A stretch of 63,365 bases of DNA, filler included, from Octopus bimaculoides (GCF_001194135.2; 8 parts of 5 records of this genome joined end to end with filler, not necessarily neighbours in it); one strand, 5' to 3'. Counted from the whole stretch's first letter, positions 25,009 to 37,872 are shown. Program-made: numbers and translations. Notes: generated by a model not told the origin, from the sequence alone.

Positions 25009-25400
25009 TACTGTTTTACTTGTTTCAGTCATTTGACTGCGGCCATGCTGGAGCACCACCTTTTTAGTCGAGCTGATCGAGCCCAGGACTTATTCTTTGT
25101 AAGCCTAGTACTTATTCTATCGGTCTCTTTTGCCGAACCGCTAATTGACGGAGACTTAAACACACCAGCATCGGTTGTCAAGCGATGTTGGGGGGACAAA
25201 CACAGACACACATACACATACACGCACATACATACATATATATACATATATACGACGGGCTTCTTTCAGTTTCCGTCTACCAAATCCACTCACAAGGCTT
25301 TGGTCGGCCCGAGGCTATAGTAGAAGACACTTGCCCAAGGTGCCACGCAGTGGGACTGAACCCGGAACCATGTGGTTACCACACAGCCACTCCTGCGCCT
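25009..25400 (-). mobile_element. SINE family A, near full length, with internal CA/TA microsatellite
   Basis: tRNA-like head (minus strand ggagtggctgtgtggtaaccacatggttccgggttcagtccc), body, and tail ...gactgaaacaagtaaaacag. Confidence 0.92.
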
Positions 25401-25789
25401 ATGTTTGTCTTGTTCTATCAAGATAGACAAGATTGCGAAAGCAACGAAAATTTTGGAAAAGAATAAAATATAAATAATAAATGAGTTGAAAGTGAACCGG
25501 TGGGTGTGTTAGATTAATTAAAGTAGTATGGCTTTCCCTAGACAACAAAATTTATAATAAAGTTATAGTGGAAATAAATTCATTATAAACACGAGTATAA
25601 CACCGAATTTCTGGGCATTAAATGGTCGAAGACCTCTTAAAATACACATTAATATATGAGCATAAACTTCAAATTTTCGCGGCTGCCAGACTAGTTTACT
25701 GGTATTCTGCACTGGATAGTAGTTGGCACAGAACGGGATTAATAAAAGCTGAGAGCTGAAGTATCTAAAAAATTTAGGGCTGAACATCA

Positions 25790-25848
25790 GTAAGCCCGAC
25801 CAAAGCCTTGTGAGTGGATTTGGTAGAAGGAAACTGAAAGAAGCCAAT

Positions 25849-25901
<53 letters not shown>

Positions 25902-26030
25902 ATAGCTATTCTTGAGGTATACCGAAAGAATGCCATGTATATATTTGCGTGAGCATCTTTGTGTTTGCCTCACTGGTGTTGCGTCCCCGAAACCTAGCGG
26001 TTCATCAAAAGTAGCAGATAGAATAATTAC
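25790..26030 (+). mobile_element. SINE family A, degraded
   Basis: cgaccaaagccttgtgagtggatttggtagaaggaaactgaaagaagcc, then a microsatellite, then cgtccccgaaacctagcggttc. Confidence 0.75.
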
Positions 26031-26257
26031 TTATGTTAATAATTAATTGTTACATATAATTAATTGAATTTTAATTCAATCACTACTATACTTGGATAAG
26101 TAAACTGGAAACTACATAATTAGTACTAATTATATTATACAACTAATTAACCATATTGTAATTCATTAATTGGGTAAGTATAGTAATTAATGAATTTAGT
26201 AATTAATTAATTACTATACTTGGGTAAGTACAATATAAGCTACGTGATTAATGATCT

Positions 26258-26396
26258 CAAATTTTGGCACAAAACTAGCAAGGTTAAGGGGCCGTAGTGT
26301 TCAAATGATACTAATTATACCGAATCCGACAGGACGGAAATACTTTCGACCCCGGCGGAATTTGAACTCAGAATGTAGAGACATGAAATGCCGCTT
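26258..26396 (-). mobile_element. SINE family B, degraded
   Basis: aattttggcacaa...tcgaccccggcggaatttgaactcagaa. Confidence 0.7.
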
Positions 26397-27245
26397 ATAC
26401 TAATCATATTATACAATTAATGCCTCAATTAATTAGACAAATTTTAATTCATTCACTACTCTATTTGGGTAAATACAGTGATCACTTCGTAATTAATGCT
26501 AATTATATTACACAAATTTATTAAATTAATGAAACTGACATTTATTACTATTCTTTGGTAAATAGAAAAGGCGACGTACATAATACTAATTGTATTATAC
26601 AATCAATTTAGCAATCAAACCAATCATTAATTACCCACAGCTGAATAAAAGACTTACTTGTATTTTTCCATAAATTTCTCATTCCCAATATTTCTCCAAT
26701 TTTGTCCAATTTTTTTTTTCTTTTTTTTTCGTTTAATTTGATTCAGCAATTGAAATTTCGCAACAAACACTACAAAACTTGACCAGGATAAAACGAAACG
26801 TAGAAAAATTCCGGAAGTTTATCACACTCTCTTCACCCCTATCTTTTGACATCTATTATGAAAACTACGTTCAAAGTAATAAATGTTATTTCATTATACT
26901 TCGAAAACTTTAATTATAAGATCGATATAGTCTGAAATAACAAACTGAAGATGGGAACGTTTATACTGGTCTGCAATGGCCAGGCGACGTAACGGACAAG
27001 TACATTCACCCTTTACCTCTCCCAAAATTTCTTAAGATTTCTGTCTTTCCAACAAGGTTTTACCATGATAATCCTTTCTATATGTATGTAATGTGTATAT
27101 ATATATATATATATATCTATATATATATATATCTATATATATATNNNNNNNNNNNNNNNNNNNNNNNNNNNNNNNNNNNNNNNNNNNNTTAATTAATTAA
27201 NNNNNNNNNNNNNNNNNNNNNNNNNNNNNNNNNNNNNNNNNNNNC

Positions 27246-28472
27246 ATTAGCGAAGAAGATGTACTACTAGCTATACATGAAGTGGACACAAACTCAACTG
27301 CTGGCCCTGATGGTTTCCCAGCAATCCTCCTTAAATCGTGTAAACATGCCCTGGCAAAACCCCTCCAGATCCCCTTCCAGAGCTTTCTCGCAAACTGCAG
27401 ACTGCCAAGCAAGCAGAAGGAGGGAATAATATGCCCAATCCATAAAGGGGGACGCAGAGCAGATGCCAAAAACTATAGGCCTATCTCTCTGACTTCACAC
27501 ATCAGCAAAGTCATGGAAAGGATAGTCAGAGGAAAACTAATCGCATTCTTTGAAGAAAATAAATTGCTGAGTAATACCCAACATGGCTTTCGACCAAGTA
27601 GAAGCTGCCTGACCCGGTTCTTACAACATTATGACTGGGTGTTGAGGCAGTTACTCAACAACTCAAATGTGGACGTAATATACCTTGATTTTGCAAAAGC
27701 TTTTGACAAAGTGGATCATGGTGTGATATGCCACAAACTGCGTGATCTTGGCATAGCTGGAAAACTTGGAGAGTGGTTACATGACTTTCTGAAAGATAAA
27801 AGTCAGGCAGTAGTGGCTAATGGAGCCACCTCTATGAAAACATAAATAATGAGCGGTGTTCCACAGGGCACTGTCTTGGGACCTTTGCTTTTTATAGTCA
27901 CTCTCTCGGATATGCCTTCAAGTGCCCGGATAGCAACACTTGCAAGCTACGCAAACGATACAAAAGTCTCGCAGAAAATACAGAACTCCAGTGATGTTGC
28001 ACACATGCAGCAGGAGTTGGACTCAGTTTACAAATGGGCTGAGGATAATAATATGCAGTTTAATGCTGAAAAATTCCTAGTCCTGCACTACCAACGCCCA
28101 AAACTGAATATGAAACTTACAGAGTACACTGGTCCGCAGGGAATTTCAATCCCTGAGCCTAAATCAGTGAGAGACCTGGGTATCGACACGAGTGATGATG
28201 CCTCTTTCCAAGTGCACATTACCAGGATGGCAACAAAGTGCAGGCGATTGACTGGATGGACCCTGAGAACATTCAGAACCAGAGATAAAGAAACCATGAT
28301 GATCTTCTGGAGGACATTCGTCCTCAGCCGCCTGGATTACTGCTCACAGCTGTGGTCACCCAGCAGTGTGAAATTAACAGCAGACATTGAAGCAATTCAG
28401 AGAAGATTCACAAAGAAGATTGTCTCTTTGCAACTGCTCAGTTACTGGGAAAGGCTGAAACAGCTAAGACTC
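27246..28472 (+). pseudogene. CR1-group LINE reverse transcriptase domain (both ends lost in gaps)
   Basis: AGPDG, NYRPISLTSHISKVMERIV, QHGFR..RSC, YLDFAKAFDKVDH, SGVPQGTVLGPLLF, YANDTK (YADD changed to YAND), LDYCSQLWSP. Single stop at 27843-27845. Confidence 0.95.
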
Positions 28473-29194
28473 NNNNNNNNNNNNNNNNNNNNNNNNNNNN
28501 NNNNNNNNNNNNNNNNNNNNNNNNNNNNNNNNNNNNNNNNNNNNNNNNNNNNNNNNNNNNNNNNNNNNNNNNNNNNNNNNNNNNNNNNNNNNNNNNNNNN
28601 NNNNNNNNNNNNNNNNNNNNNNNNNNNNNNNNNNNNNNNNNNNNNNNNNNNNNNNNNNNNNNNNNNNNNNNNNNNNNNNNNNNNNNNNNNNNNNNNNNNN
28701 NNNNNNNNNNNNNNNNNNNNNNNNNNNNNNNNNNNNNNNNNNNNNNNNNNNNNNNNNNNNNNNNNNNNNNNNNNNNNNNNNNNNNNNNNNNNNNNNNNNN
28801 NNNNNNNNNNNNNNNNNNNNNNNNNNNNNNNNNNNNNNNNNNNNNNNNNNNNNNNNNNNNNNNNNNNNNNNNNNNNNNNNNNNNNNNNNNNNNNNNNNNN
28901 NNNNNNNNNNNNNNNNNNNNNNNNNNNNNNNNNNNNNNNNNNNNNNNNNNNNNNNNNNNNNNNNNNNNNNNNNNNNNNNNNNNNNNNNNNNNNNNNNNNN
29001 NNNNNNNNNNNNNNNNNNNNNNNNNNNNNNNNNNNNNNNNNNNNNNNNNNNNNNNNNNNNNNNNNNNNNNNNNNNNNNNNNNNNAGAGAGAGAGAGAGAG
29101 AGAGAGATACGCAGATACCTTTAATTTTCAAAATCTTTTATTTAATACGCAAAGCGAACAATTGAGATGTAATCGATAGGTAGCACTTCATACC

Positions 29195-29986
29195 TTAGTA
29201 TTTAGTTGACATTCTCTTTGCAGTTTTTAATTCAGAAACTCTGTTTGGCATTGACCTGATGAGCTTTGTAATTGTCTCTTATGGAATTTGTGCCCACTTT
29301 TCACGCAACAATCGAAACAATTCATCTTTACAGCTAGGTTTCTGTCGAGCTTTTCGTATAGCTCTATCTAGTATGCTCCAAAGATTTTCAATTGGGTTCA
29401 TGTAAGGAGAGTGACTCGGCCAAGGAAGCTTTTTGATTCCATTTTCAGTCAGCCATTGTTGATTCCTTTCCGCTGTGTGGCATGGAGCCCCATCTTCCAT
29501 GAATATAAACTCATTTTTCGTTATGTTATCGTGTGAATACATCGAAAGTAGTCCTTGCTTAAGTATTTCGATGTGTTTTTCAGAGTTTATGATTCCAACA
29601 CATTCGATCAACTCACAGCGACCATTGCTGGTGACAGCTCTCCATACCATTACAGAGATACCGCCATGTTTCACCGTTGGTTGGAGTTGTTTCAAATCAA
29701 ATTCTTGATTGGGAAGCCTCCAGGCCCAAACACGTCCACTGTCTGAAAATAATGTAAATGTGAATTCATCTGAGAAAATCATTGTATCCCAAAATGAACT
29801 GGATTTTTCTGACATCTCCTTAGCCCATTTCTTTCTTTTTATTATATTAATTGGTTGAAGGAGAGGTTTTCTTCTAGCTGCTCGTCCATAATACTCAAGT
29901 TTATGCAGATATGTAACACATGTTCTTGGACTAACTTGTAGCTGTTTTGCAATGTCAGAAGCATTCGAAAGTGGTTCGTTTTCCAC
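29195..29986 (-). pseudogene. Tc1-family DD34E transposase, N-terminally truncated
   Basis: [46 protein letters not shown]; 34 residues between the second D and E. Premature stop at 29279, then the frame continues ETITKLIRSMPNRVSELKTAKRMSTKY*. Confidence 0.95.
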
Positions 29987-30315
29987 AAGGTCTGCGATAA
30001 GGAAGAAAGAAAAGTCGATAGATATGATAGGTTAGCTTGGGAGGTTAAGCACTTGTGGTGGCTGAAAAAGGTGATAGTTCTACCAATAATTGTGGGAGCC
30101 CTGAGAACAGTGAGTAAAAATCTTGAGAAGTTCATGAACCAAATATGGGCTTCAATAAGAGTGGATCACTTGCAGAAAACAGCACTGCTTGGAACCGCTC
30201 GAATATTTCGGATGGTGCTCGAGAATTAAGGGGTGTTACTTTAGCTCAGTAGTAGTGGACAGCTGTCACCGTAGTACATCACCAGCGTTAGAAGCTGTGC
30301 AAAGACAACAAGTAA
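29984..30315 (+). mobile_element. 3' end of an R4/Dong-like LINE (RLE C-terminus, 81 open codons, plus 3'UTR) ending in (AAT)n
   Basis: [42 protein letters not shown]...HLQKTALLGTARIFRMVLEN* (stop 30227-30229). Confidence 0.85.
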
Positions 30316-30335
30316 GAATAACAACAACAACAATA

Positions 30336-30402
<67 letters not shown>

Positions 30403-30852
30403 TAATAATAATAATAACAATAATAATGTATCAATACCAGCAGATGACANNNNNNNNNNNNNNNNNNNNNNNNNNNNNNNNNNNNNNNNNNNNNNNNNNN
30501 NNNNNNNNNNNNNNNNNNNNNNNNNNNNNNNNNNNNNNNNNNNNNNNNNNNNNNNNNNNNNNNNNNNNNNNNNNNNNNNNNNNNNNNNNNNNNNNNNNNN
30601 NNNNNNNNNNNNNNNNNNNNNNNNNNNNNNNNNNNNNNNNNNNNNNNNNNNNNNNNNNNNNNNNNNNNNNNNNNNNNNNNNNNNNNNNNNNNNNNNNNNN
30701 NNNNNNNNNNNNNNNNNNNNNNNNNNNNNNNNNNNNNNNNNNNNNNNNNNNNNNNNNNNNNNNNNNNNNNNNNNNNNNNNNNNNNNNNNNNNNNNNNNNN
30801 NNNNNNNNNNNNNNNNGTAGTGAAGTGAAAGCACGTTATAAAAATAAAACTA

Positions 30853-30934
<82 letters not shown>

Positions 30935-30943
30935 GTAATAAAA

Positions 30944-31474
30944 AATGCCCTGATGAAGTACCAGGCAGTGACTTTCATGGCTTCTCATCGTAATTGATTG
31001 GAAGTGTTATCATGTACACTGTTTTGTCTTGGTATAAATGATGGGCTACAGCAAATATTCTGCTCAGCACCACAGATTTGCTTGTCAGTTGTTTGACCTT
31101 AACCAGTGGATTATGTCACTTGGTGGCTGGCTATATGTGCATCTCTCATCATTAGCAGATGTAGTGGGGGCGCATCAGAGCCATGAGTTAAGAAGAATTC
31201 TCTGGGGTTTGAATCTGGGAAGAGGGTGTTTTGTTCAACATCATGAAACAACCCTTATTCGGGGTCCATTTGAGTGGGATGAGTTACTTGACGTGTAGAA
31301 AATTCCAACTAGGCTCCACATGCAAGGTCATGCGTTGTTAATCTTGATCACCATGTCAGGCACATGCGTTTGTGATGCATGTGCCAGGTGTACTGTTATC
31401 AGACGGGTAATCATGTTGGGTATACTGGGCTTCGTATATTTTACTCCGTGTCACTTCTATGGCATCCACTACTC
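30944..31474. mobile_element. Unclassified ~530-bp non-coding insert bounded by (AAT)n on both sides
   Basis: Sharp transitions from and to AAT repeats; no convincing ORF, no tRNA box and no TIR recognised. Repeat status is inferred. Confidence 0.5.
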
Positions 31475-31486
31475 AATAATAATAAT

Positions 31487-31912
31487 ATGTGATGCACGAT
31501 TAAGTGACAAATTACTAGACAAAATGGAAAAGTACAGACTACTAGTAGACGAAAGTGCAAGAATGTAGACTATGGTGCAAGTGTCTGTCATCCCAATAGT
31601 TTTAGGGGCACTCGGAGCGTTAACAAGCGAATTTGTCAGAGAAGTCAGAATTGGTGAGAGCAGAACAAACTCCAAAACTGCTCTGTGGGGGACAGCTAGT
31701 ATTTCGAGATTGGTACTTGAGTGGTGAAAATCTTCCACGATTATTAACATCCAATTATCAAAAACTGTAAAGTGAGAAAAGATGACCAGTAAGACCTCTG
31801 AAAACAGGCTGCTGTCCACTCTCACACAATCAACAGAAGCAAACAAGAACGAGCGGTCCGAGAAGTTTAAGAGAAAAAAAAATAAATACAACAACGACGA
31901 CAACAACAACAA
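31487..31912 (+). mobile_element. 3' end of a second R4/Dong-like LINE family, ending in (AAC)n
   Basis: DKMEKYRLLVDESARM*TMVQVSVIPIVLGALGAL...KTALWGTASISRLVLE; the 3'UTR differs from that of 30230-30315. Confidence 0.8.
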
Positions 31913-33730
31913 TACCGGCAGCGACATCTGCAGGAATGATAATCAAGCGTGTTGATAAAAATCGGCTGAGCGGAGCACTAAATGCTTTAAATCATTTAGT
32001 TTAGCTAGTTGACGCGGGGATCCATTTAATATTTCATTTCTTCATAATCGATACAATAAATATCTCCGGAATTCTAGTTCGATTTAATCGATTGTAACAT
32101 CTTCCAAATGTCTATCAGAAATCAATAATGAATACAAAATATTTGCATTGTATTAGAGATCGCATTAAGGGCGTTTTTAAGATACGATTATCATATGGAG
32201 AATATATAGTTAACAGAATTTTTTTAATGCTTAAATCGATGAAGTCACCGATTTACTATCCATAATCTAAACCAATTTAAAGGGTGATTTATTGTTTGGC
32301 ATATGTCGAGTAATGCGACTAAATAGTAGGTGTATGCTATGTATTATCCTTTGCACACTTTACAATTTAATACTTTTGAGTCTATATTACGAGATATCTT
32401 GGTATCTTTTTCTTATTTAAACGATATTGGGAGAAGAATAATTGTTTAAAGCACGAAAGATTTTAGCAGTCAAATACAGTACTTATTGTATATATTTATA
32501 AACATACGTACAAATACCTATCTGTTTTAATGGTAGTGTATCAGAATGTATCTTGTTTTTTTTAGTAATGTGTGTTTGTATGTATGCGCGTAAGTGCATG
32601 AATTACAGACACTGAATTCTCATTTATATTCTAAAATCAATTGACTGAAGGAAGTCTAAAGACAAAGGCGAGGTGTTTGTTGATATTGCGACAAATTCTG
32701 ATTACGCTTGGTACTTCACTGATTACCATGACTTCTGATTTCATTGGCGACAACATATTAAATTAGTTTTTCTATAAAGAGATATTAATGTTTCTAGAGT
32801 TTGGGGGTTGAGACAGCGGAAGCCTTAACTATAAAATTGAAATGAAAACGAAATGTTTGGACGTGAAATCTCGTGCACTATTCATTCCACTCAAATAACC
32901 TTTTCCTTTGTATTGTTTCTGAGAAGATGAAGAAGAAAGGAAAGTACTCATTTGGTGTCGACAAGAAACAGGTTATTAAAGAGCTGGAAACATTAGTAAG
33001 GATTGGGTAATAAATGTAACGCAGCAAATAATAGGTGAGATAAAGATAAGTGATGACTAGCTTAGAAAAGGGCTATTGAATATATTATTCTCTTACTTGC
33101 TTCGCAGTTAGAAATTCAACGTTAAAAGTGATAGGGAATGCACATTTGAAAGTTAGAGGATCTATGTGTTGATCAGTAAGCTTTTGACAGTTACTTAAAT
33201 AGCGTTCGAGAGATTTACCTGCAGAATTTCTTAACATTTTTTTCTTAGAGACAAACTAATATCCCGCTTAACCCCACCCCATCCTTCTGGGAGTATGCAA
33301 TATCCATGCCCTAAAGCAACGAGATATGCGATGTTGTGTGGGCTCTCGTTGAAAGAATGTGTATCTTATCATTTTAGTCGCTTCGAGTATTCTTGGTCTA
33401 AGACTTCTCCAATAAATACAATAAGATACGAGAATAGCCCGTTATAAGTAGTAGTATTTAAGCTCTGCCATTACCGCAAATCACTTAAATCCAATTACAA
33501 GCAATTGAATAGCATTACATATTGTGCGTTGTGGAAAATTTTCATAAAGCATCTCAGATATTTCGGAATTTGTTTCAACTTACTAAAGTTCTATGTTTCC
33601 TTCCACATGATCCTATACGTTTAGGCATTTACTAAATTAGAATCACAGGCATACACATATTGCTCCTGATGTTTATAAGCTCATATGTCTTCACGTATAA
33701 TCTGAGTATATTCGTGCAAACAATAAGAAA

Positions 33731-33822
<92 letters not shown>

Positions 33823-34005
33823 ATGCATATATATATGTATACATATATATATATACATATATATGCACGTATATATATGTACATATATACATATACATAA
33901 ATGCATATATATATATATATATATATGCATGTGTATAGGCTTATATGTGCATATATATGCATATATACGTATAAATATATGCATATATGTGTGTTTGTGT
34001 ATGTG

Positions 34006-34050
<45 letters not shown>

Positions 34051-34909
34051 CTTCGCGAATAGCAATAATTAAATTGGGGCTAACTCATTTATTTTGTTTT
34101 GTTAACTTTCTGCAAGTAGAAAAAGCATTGATTTTTTTTTCTTTTTTTTTAGTTACTTTAGGTTACATTTTCGGTGCTATGAAGTTAATCTACTTTACAA
34201 AAAATATTGACGGAATTGCATATAACATCTCTTATAGCATGAATGGAATTTGAAACTTCATATTTTATACTAATTTGCCTCCTCAAAATTTTTAAGTATT
34301 AATCATTAATCGATTGAATGAAATCTTCCAATAAATTGTTTATCAGAATTTTGCAGAACATGATAATATTTACTCTCTACGGAGTTATTACCCGAGTAAA
34401 ACATTTGCTGCTTTAACAAAATATTTAAACGAAGCTGATAGAAAAATATTAAAATGAAATCAAGACTCCTCGGAAATCTTACTGAATAATGTATGATTCT
34501 GAAAATGAAACATTGAAAACGCATAGAGAACTTGCCAACTTATTGTTCAATAATTCTATTCAGAATGTATTTGTCATACAGACATTGTCATTCTCTTTAT
34601 ATGTAACTGAAATAATAATCACTTACAATTTTACTTCGATACTGAATTTGAAATTAGTAGAATAAGTAGCCAGGCATGAATTACTGACTTGAAGAACATA
34701 AATTCCCTCAGATTTGCATATTCTTTTACAACAAATAATATGTGTATATTTAAACAAGGCTGACTCACATTTTCACAAAACATATATCATAGCAAATTTT
34801 ATCCTGAAGGGAATATCCATAAACAGATCTATGCATACAATATATGCACACACACACAGACACTTCGAAAATCGCACTCGCGCGCGCACACACACACAAA
34901 TGCATACGC

Positions 34910-34947
<38 letters not shown>

Positions 34948-35600
34948 NNNNNNNNNNNNNNNNNNNNNNNNNNNNNNNNNNNNNNNNNNNNNNNNNNNNN
35001 NNNNNNNNNNNNNNNNNNNNNNNNNNNNNNNNNNNNNNNNNNNNNNNNNNNNNNNNNNNNNNNNNNNNNNNNNNNNNNNNNNNNNNNNNNNNNNNNNNNN
35101 NNNNNNNNNNNNNNNNNNNNNNNNNNNNNNNNNNNNNNNNNNNNNNNNNNNNNNNNNNNNNNNNNNNNNNNNNNNNNNNNNNNNNNNNNNNNNNNNNNNN
35201 NNNNNNNNNNNNNNNNNNNNNNNNNNNNNNNNNNNNNNNNNNNNNNNNNNNNNNNNNNNNNNNNNNNNNNNNNNNNNNNNNNNNNNNNNNNNNNNNNNNN
35301 NNNNNNNNNNNNNNNNNNNNNNNNNNNNATATATATGTTTTGTTTTGTACTGGTTTCATTCATTTCTGTGCGAGGAAACTGCTGAACTACTGCTCTATTT
35401 TTAATACTTCTAGACAGTAATATCGTCCACATTGCACAATTACGCGTAATGTAAAATTTATCAAGCCACTAGTATATGATAAAAAGAAGTGGTATAACAT
35501 GATGAATTCAGGTTCCTCACATACTTCCCATAAACACACAGCTGTGTGTTCCTACAAACATTTACATACATATATATACACTGCGTTTCAAATTATTAGC

Positions 35601-35852
35601 GACAAGAGTTATTACACGGTGATCCCTTACCAGGAGGGGCTGCGTGCACTCCAATATTTCCTTGACCATCGCCCCTACCCCCAACTTGATACATCCACGC
35701 TCGTTCGCCTGGCCGAAATTTTCCTCTCACTTAACTGCTTCTCGTTTGTGGGTGAGTTTTACAATCATTTGTCGGAAGTATCCATGGGAACGAGAATGGG
35801 CCCCAACTATGCGAACCTATTCGGTGGCTACGTTGAGGCCCAAATATTCTCG
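35601..35852 (+). pseudogene. Penelope-like RT fragment
   Basis: DKSYYTVIPYQEGLRALQYFLD...TLVRLAEIFLSLNCFSF.GEFY....VSMGTRMGPNYANLF..YVE matches PLE RT motifs DV.SLYT.IP and G.AMG...P.YANLF. Confidence 0.85.
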
Positions 35853-36123
35853 TTTTTTCTCAGATATGAGGGGCAAGATTATGGACATCTGAAATTGTAT
35901 ATATATATAGATGAGGTCAGTAAAAATTTAGATTCAAAATTGAATGTGTCACTTACGTTTAGGCACCAGAATATAGTATGATATTATCCAAACAATTACA
36001 AAAACAAGGTGATCAAAAATTTAAAAAAAGCAACACAGATTTCAAGGTTATTGAAGTATGCACGTTTCATGCCACTCCATTTATTTAATTAATGCGAGCA
36101 TTACATTAAATGTAAAATGCAGA

Positions 36124-36173
<50 letters not shown>

Positions 36174-36326
36174 NNNNNNNNNNNNNNNNNNNNNNNNNNN
36201 NNNNNNNNNNNNNNNNNNNNNNNNNNNNNNNNNNNNNNNNNNNNNNNNNNNNNNNNNNNNNNNNNNNNNNNNNNNNNNNNNNNNNNNNNNNNNNNNNNNN
36301 NNNNNNNNNNNNNNNNNNNNNNNNNA

Positions 36327-36878
36327 CAATATAAAGTAAACGAGAAATTGCCCATAACAGGTAACCTCTACACGTTAGAAGGCAGTCAAAAACGACCGAA
36401 AACCACAAAGTAAAACATTTCAAAGGGAAGAGAAAATAAAAAAAGTGTTACCTTATTTCTAACGGTTAGACATATAGGTTTCTGATTTTTTTAGTAAATA
36501 AAGTAATTTACTAGGCAAATCGTTTTCAGTAACCAGCCGTCAAGGAATTAACGTATATTTACAATATAGGAGGCCATAAGCACATGTCTTCTCAAATGTA
36601 CATTCTAATTTTCCCAAAATCCACTGCGCAAACGCAGTTTCCGTCGGCAGAAAATGAAAAAATGCCGAAACGAACTTTGAAACGTTAATATTAAATACTT
36701 GAGTAAATATATAAACAGAGAAGCAAAAATATACAGAGTTATACTACCAGTGGCCTAGCATTTAAAAAAGGCAATAGTCAAGATATTCAATATTAAGTAT
36801 AAGAGAAATTACCCATAACAGGTAACATCTACACGCTAGAAGGCAGTCAAAAACGACTGAAAACCAGAAAGTAAAACA
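36327..36878 (+). repeat. Two 91-bp direct repeats 461 bp apart (36327-36417, 36788-36878)
   Basis: caatat.aagta..agagaaatt.cccataacaggtaac.tctacacg.tagaaggcagtcaaaaacgac.gaaaacca.aaagtaaaaca. Confidence 0.9.
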
Positions 36879-37325
36879 CTGATCTATTTAGACCAAGCAA
36901 ACGCTTTCGATAGGGTTGACCATCGTTACCTGGTATCGGTTCTCGCGCAGTTCCACTGATCCATTTAGACCGAGCAAAAGCTTTTGATTGGGTTGACCAT
37001 CGTTACCTGGTATCGGTTCTCGCGCAGTTCGGCCTAGGTCTTGGCTTCCTTAGTTGGATCATATCGGTATATGACAACATCGACACAATCGTTCAGGTGA
37101 ACGGTTTTCTGTCGAAGTCGTTCTTTATCAAACCATCGGTTCGCCAAAGGTGTCTACACTCCCCGATTTCGTATGTGCTGGACGACATCACCATCACCGT
37201 GATCGAAATGGAACACCTATACAGGGTAGACGAGGCCATTAAGGATTACGAGACGGTGGCAGGAGCAAAGATTAATTGTGAAAAGTCTATCGGCTGCAGC
37301 TCGCCACCTGGACAGGCAAGTTGAT
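36878..37325 (+). pseudogene. L1/Tx1-clade RT fragment with a duplicated 5' end and an internal deletion
   Basis: DQANAFDRVDHRYLVSVLAQF occurs twice, then GLGFLSWI..Y....VQVNGFLSKSFFIKPSVRQRC..SP..YVL[deleted]DDITI...YETVAGAKINCEKS. Confidence 0.85.
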
Positions 37326-37837
37326 GCTACCTGAAAGCGTACTCGTACAACGTACAACGACCCTACGCCTACTGACTTTCCTACAACGACTGACTGCTTG
37401 ATTGTGTCACGTAGGAAGAGGAGTGCCATTTTTCACTACAACAAAATATTTAAAGTATTTGATATATTTAATGCATCTAATTTGTTTATCCGCATAATTG
37501 CCTCTATATCCGCCCAATTTGATCCATCTTACACATTCATTGTTTATCTTCTGGAATCAATCGCTTCTAAAGACATCGGAATCTGAGTTTGAATTTTTTG
37601 AGAATTATTAAGTGTCTTCTATACTGAGAATCTGTGGATTTCTCCTCTTTATGATGTGTGTATATATATANNNNNNNNNNNNNNNNNNNNNNNNNNNNNN
37701 NNNNNNNNNNNNNNNNNNNNNNNNNNNNNNNNNNNNNNNNNNNNNNNNNNNNNNNNNNNNNNNNNNNNNNNNNNNNNNNNNNNNNNNNNNNNNNNNNNNN
37801 NNNNNNNNNNNNNNNNNNNNNNNNNNNNNNNNNNNNN

Positions 37838-37872
<35 letters not shown>

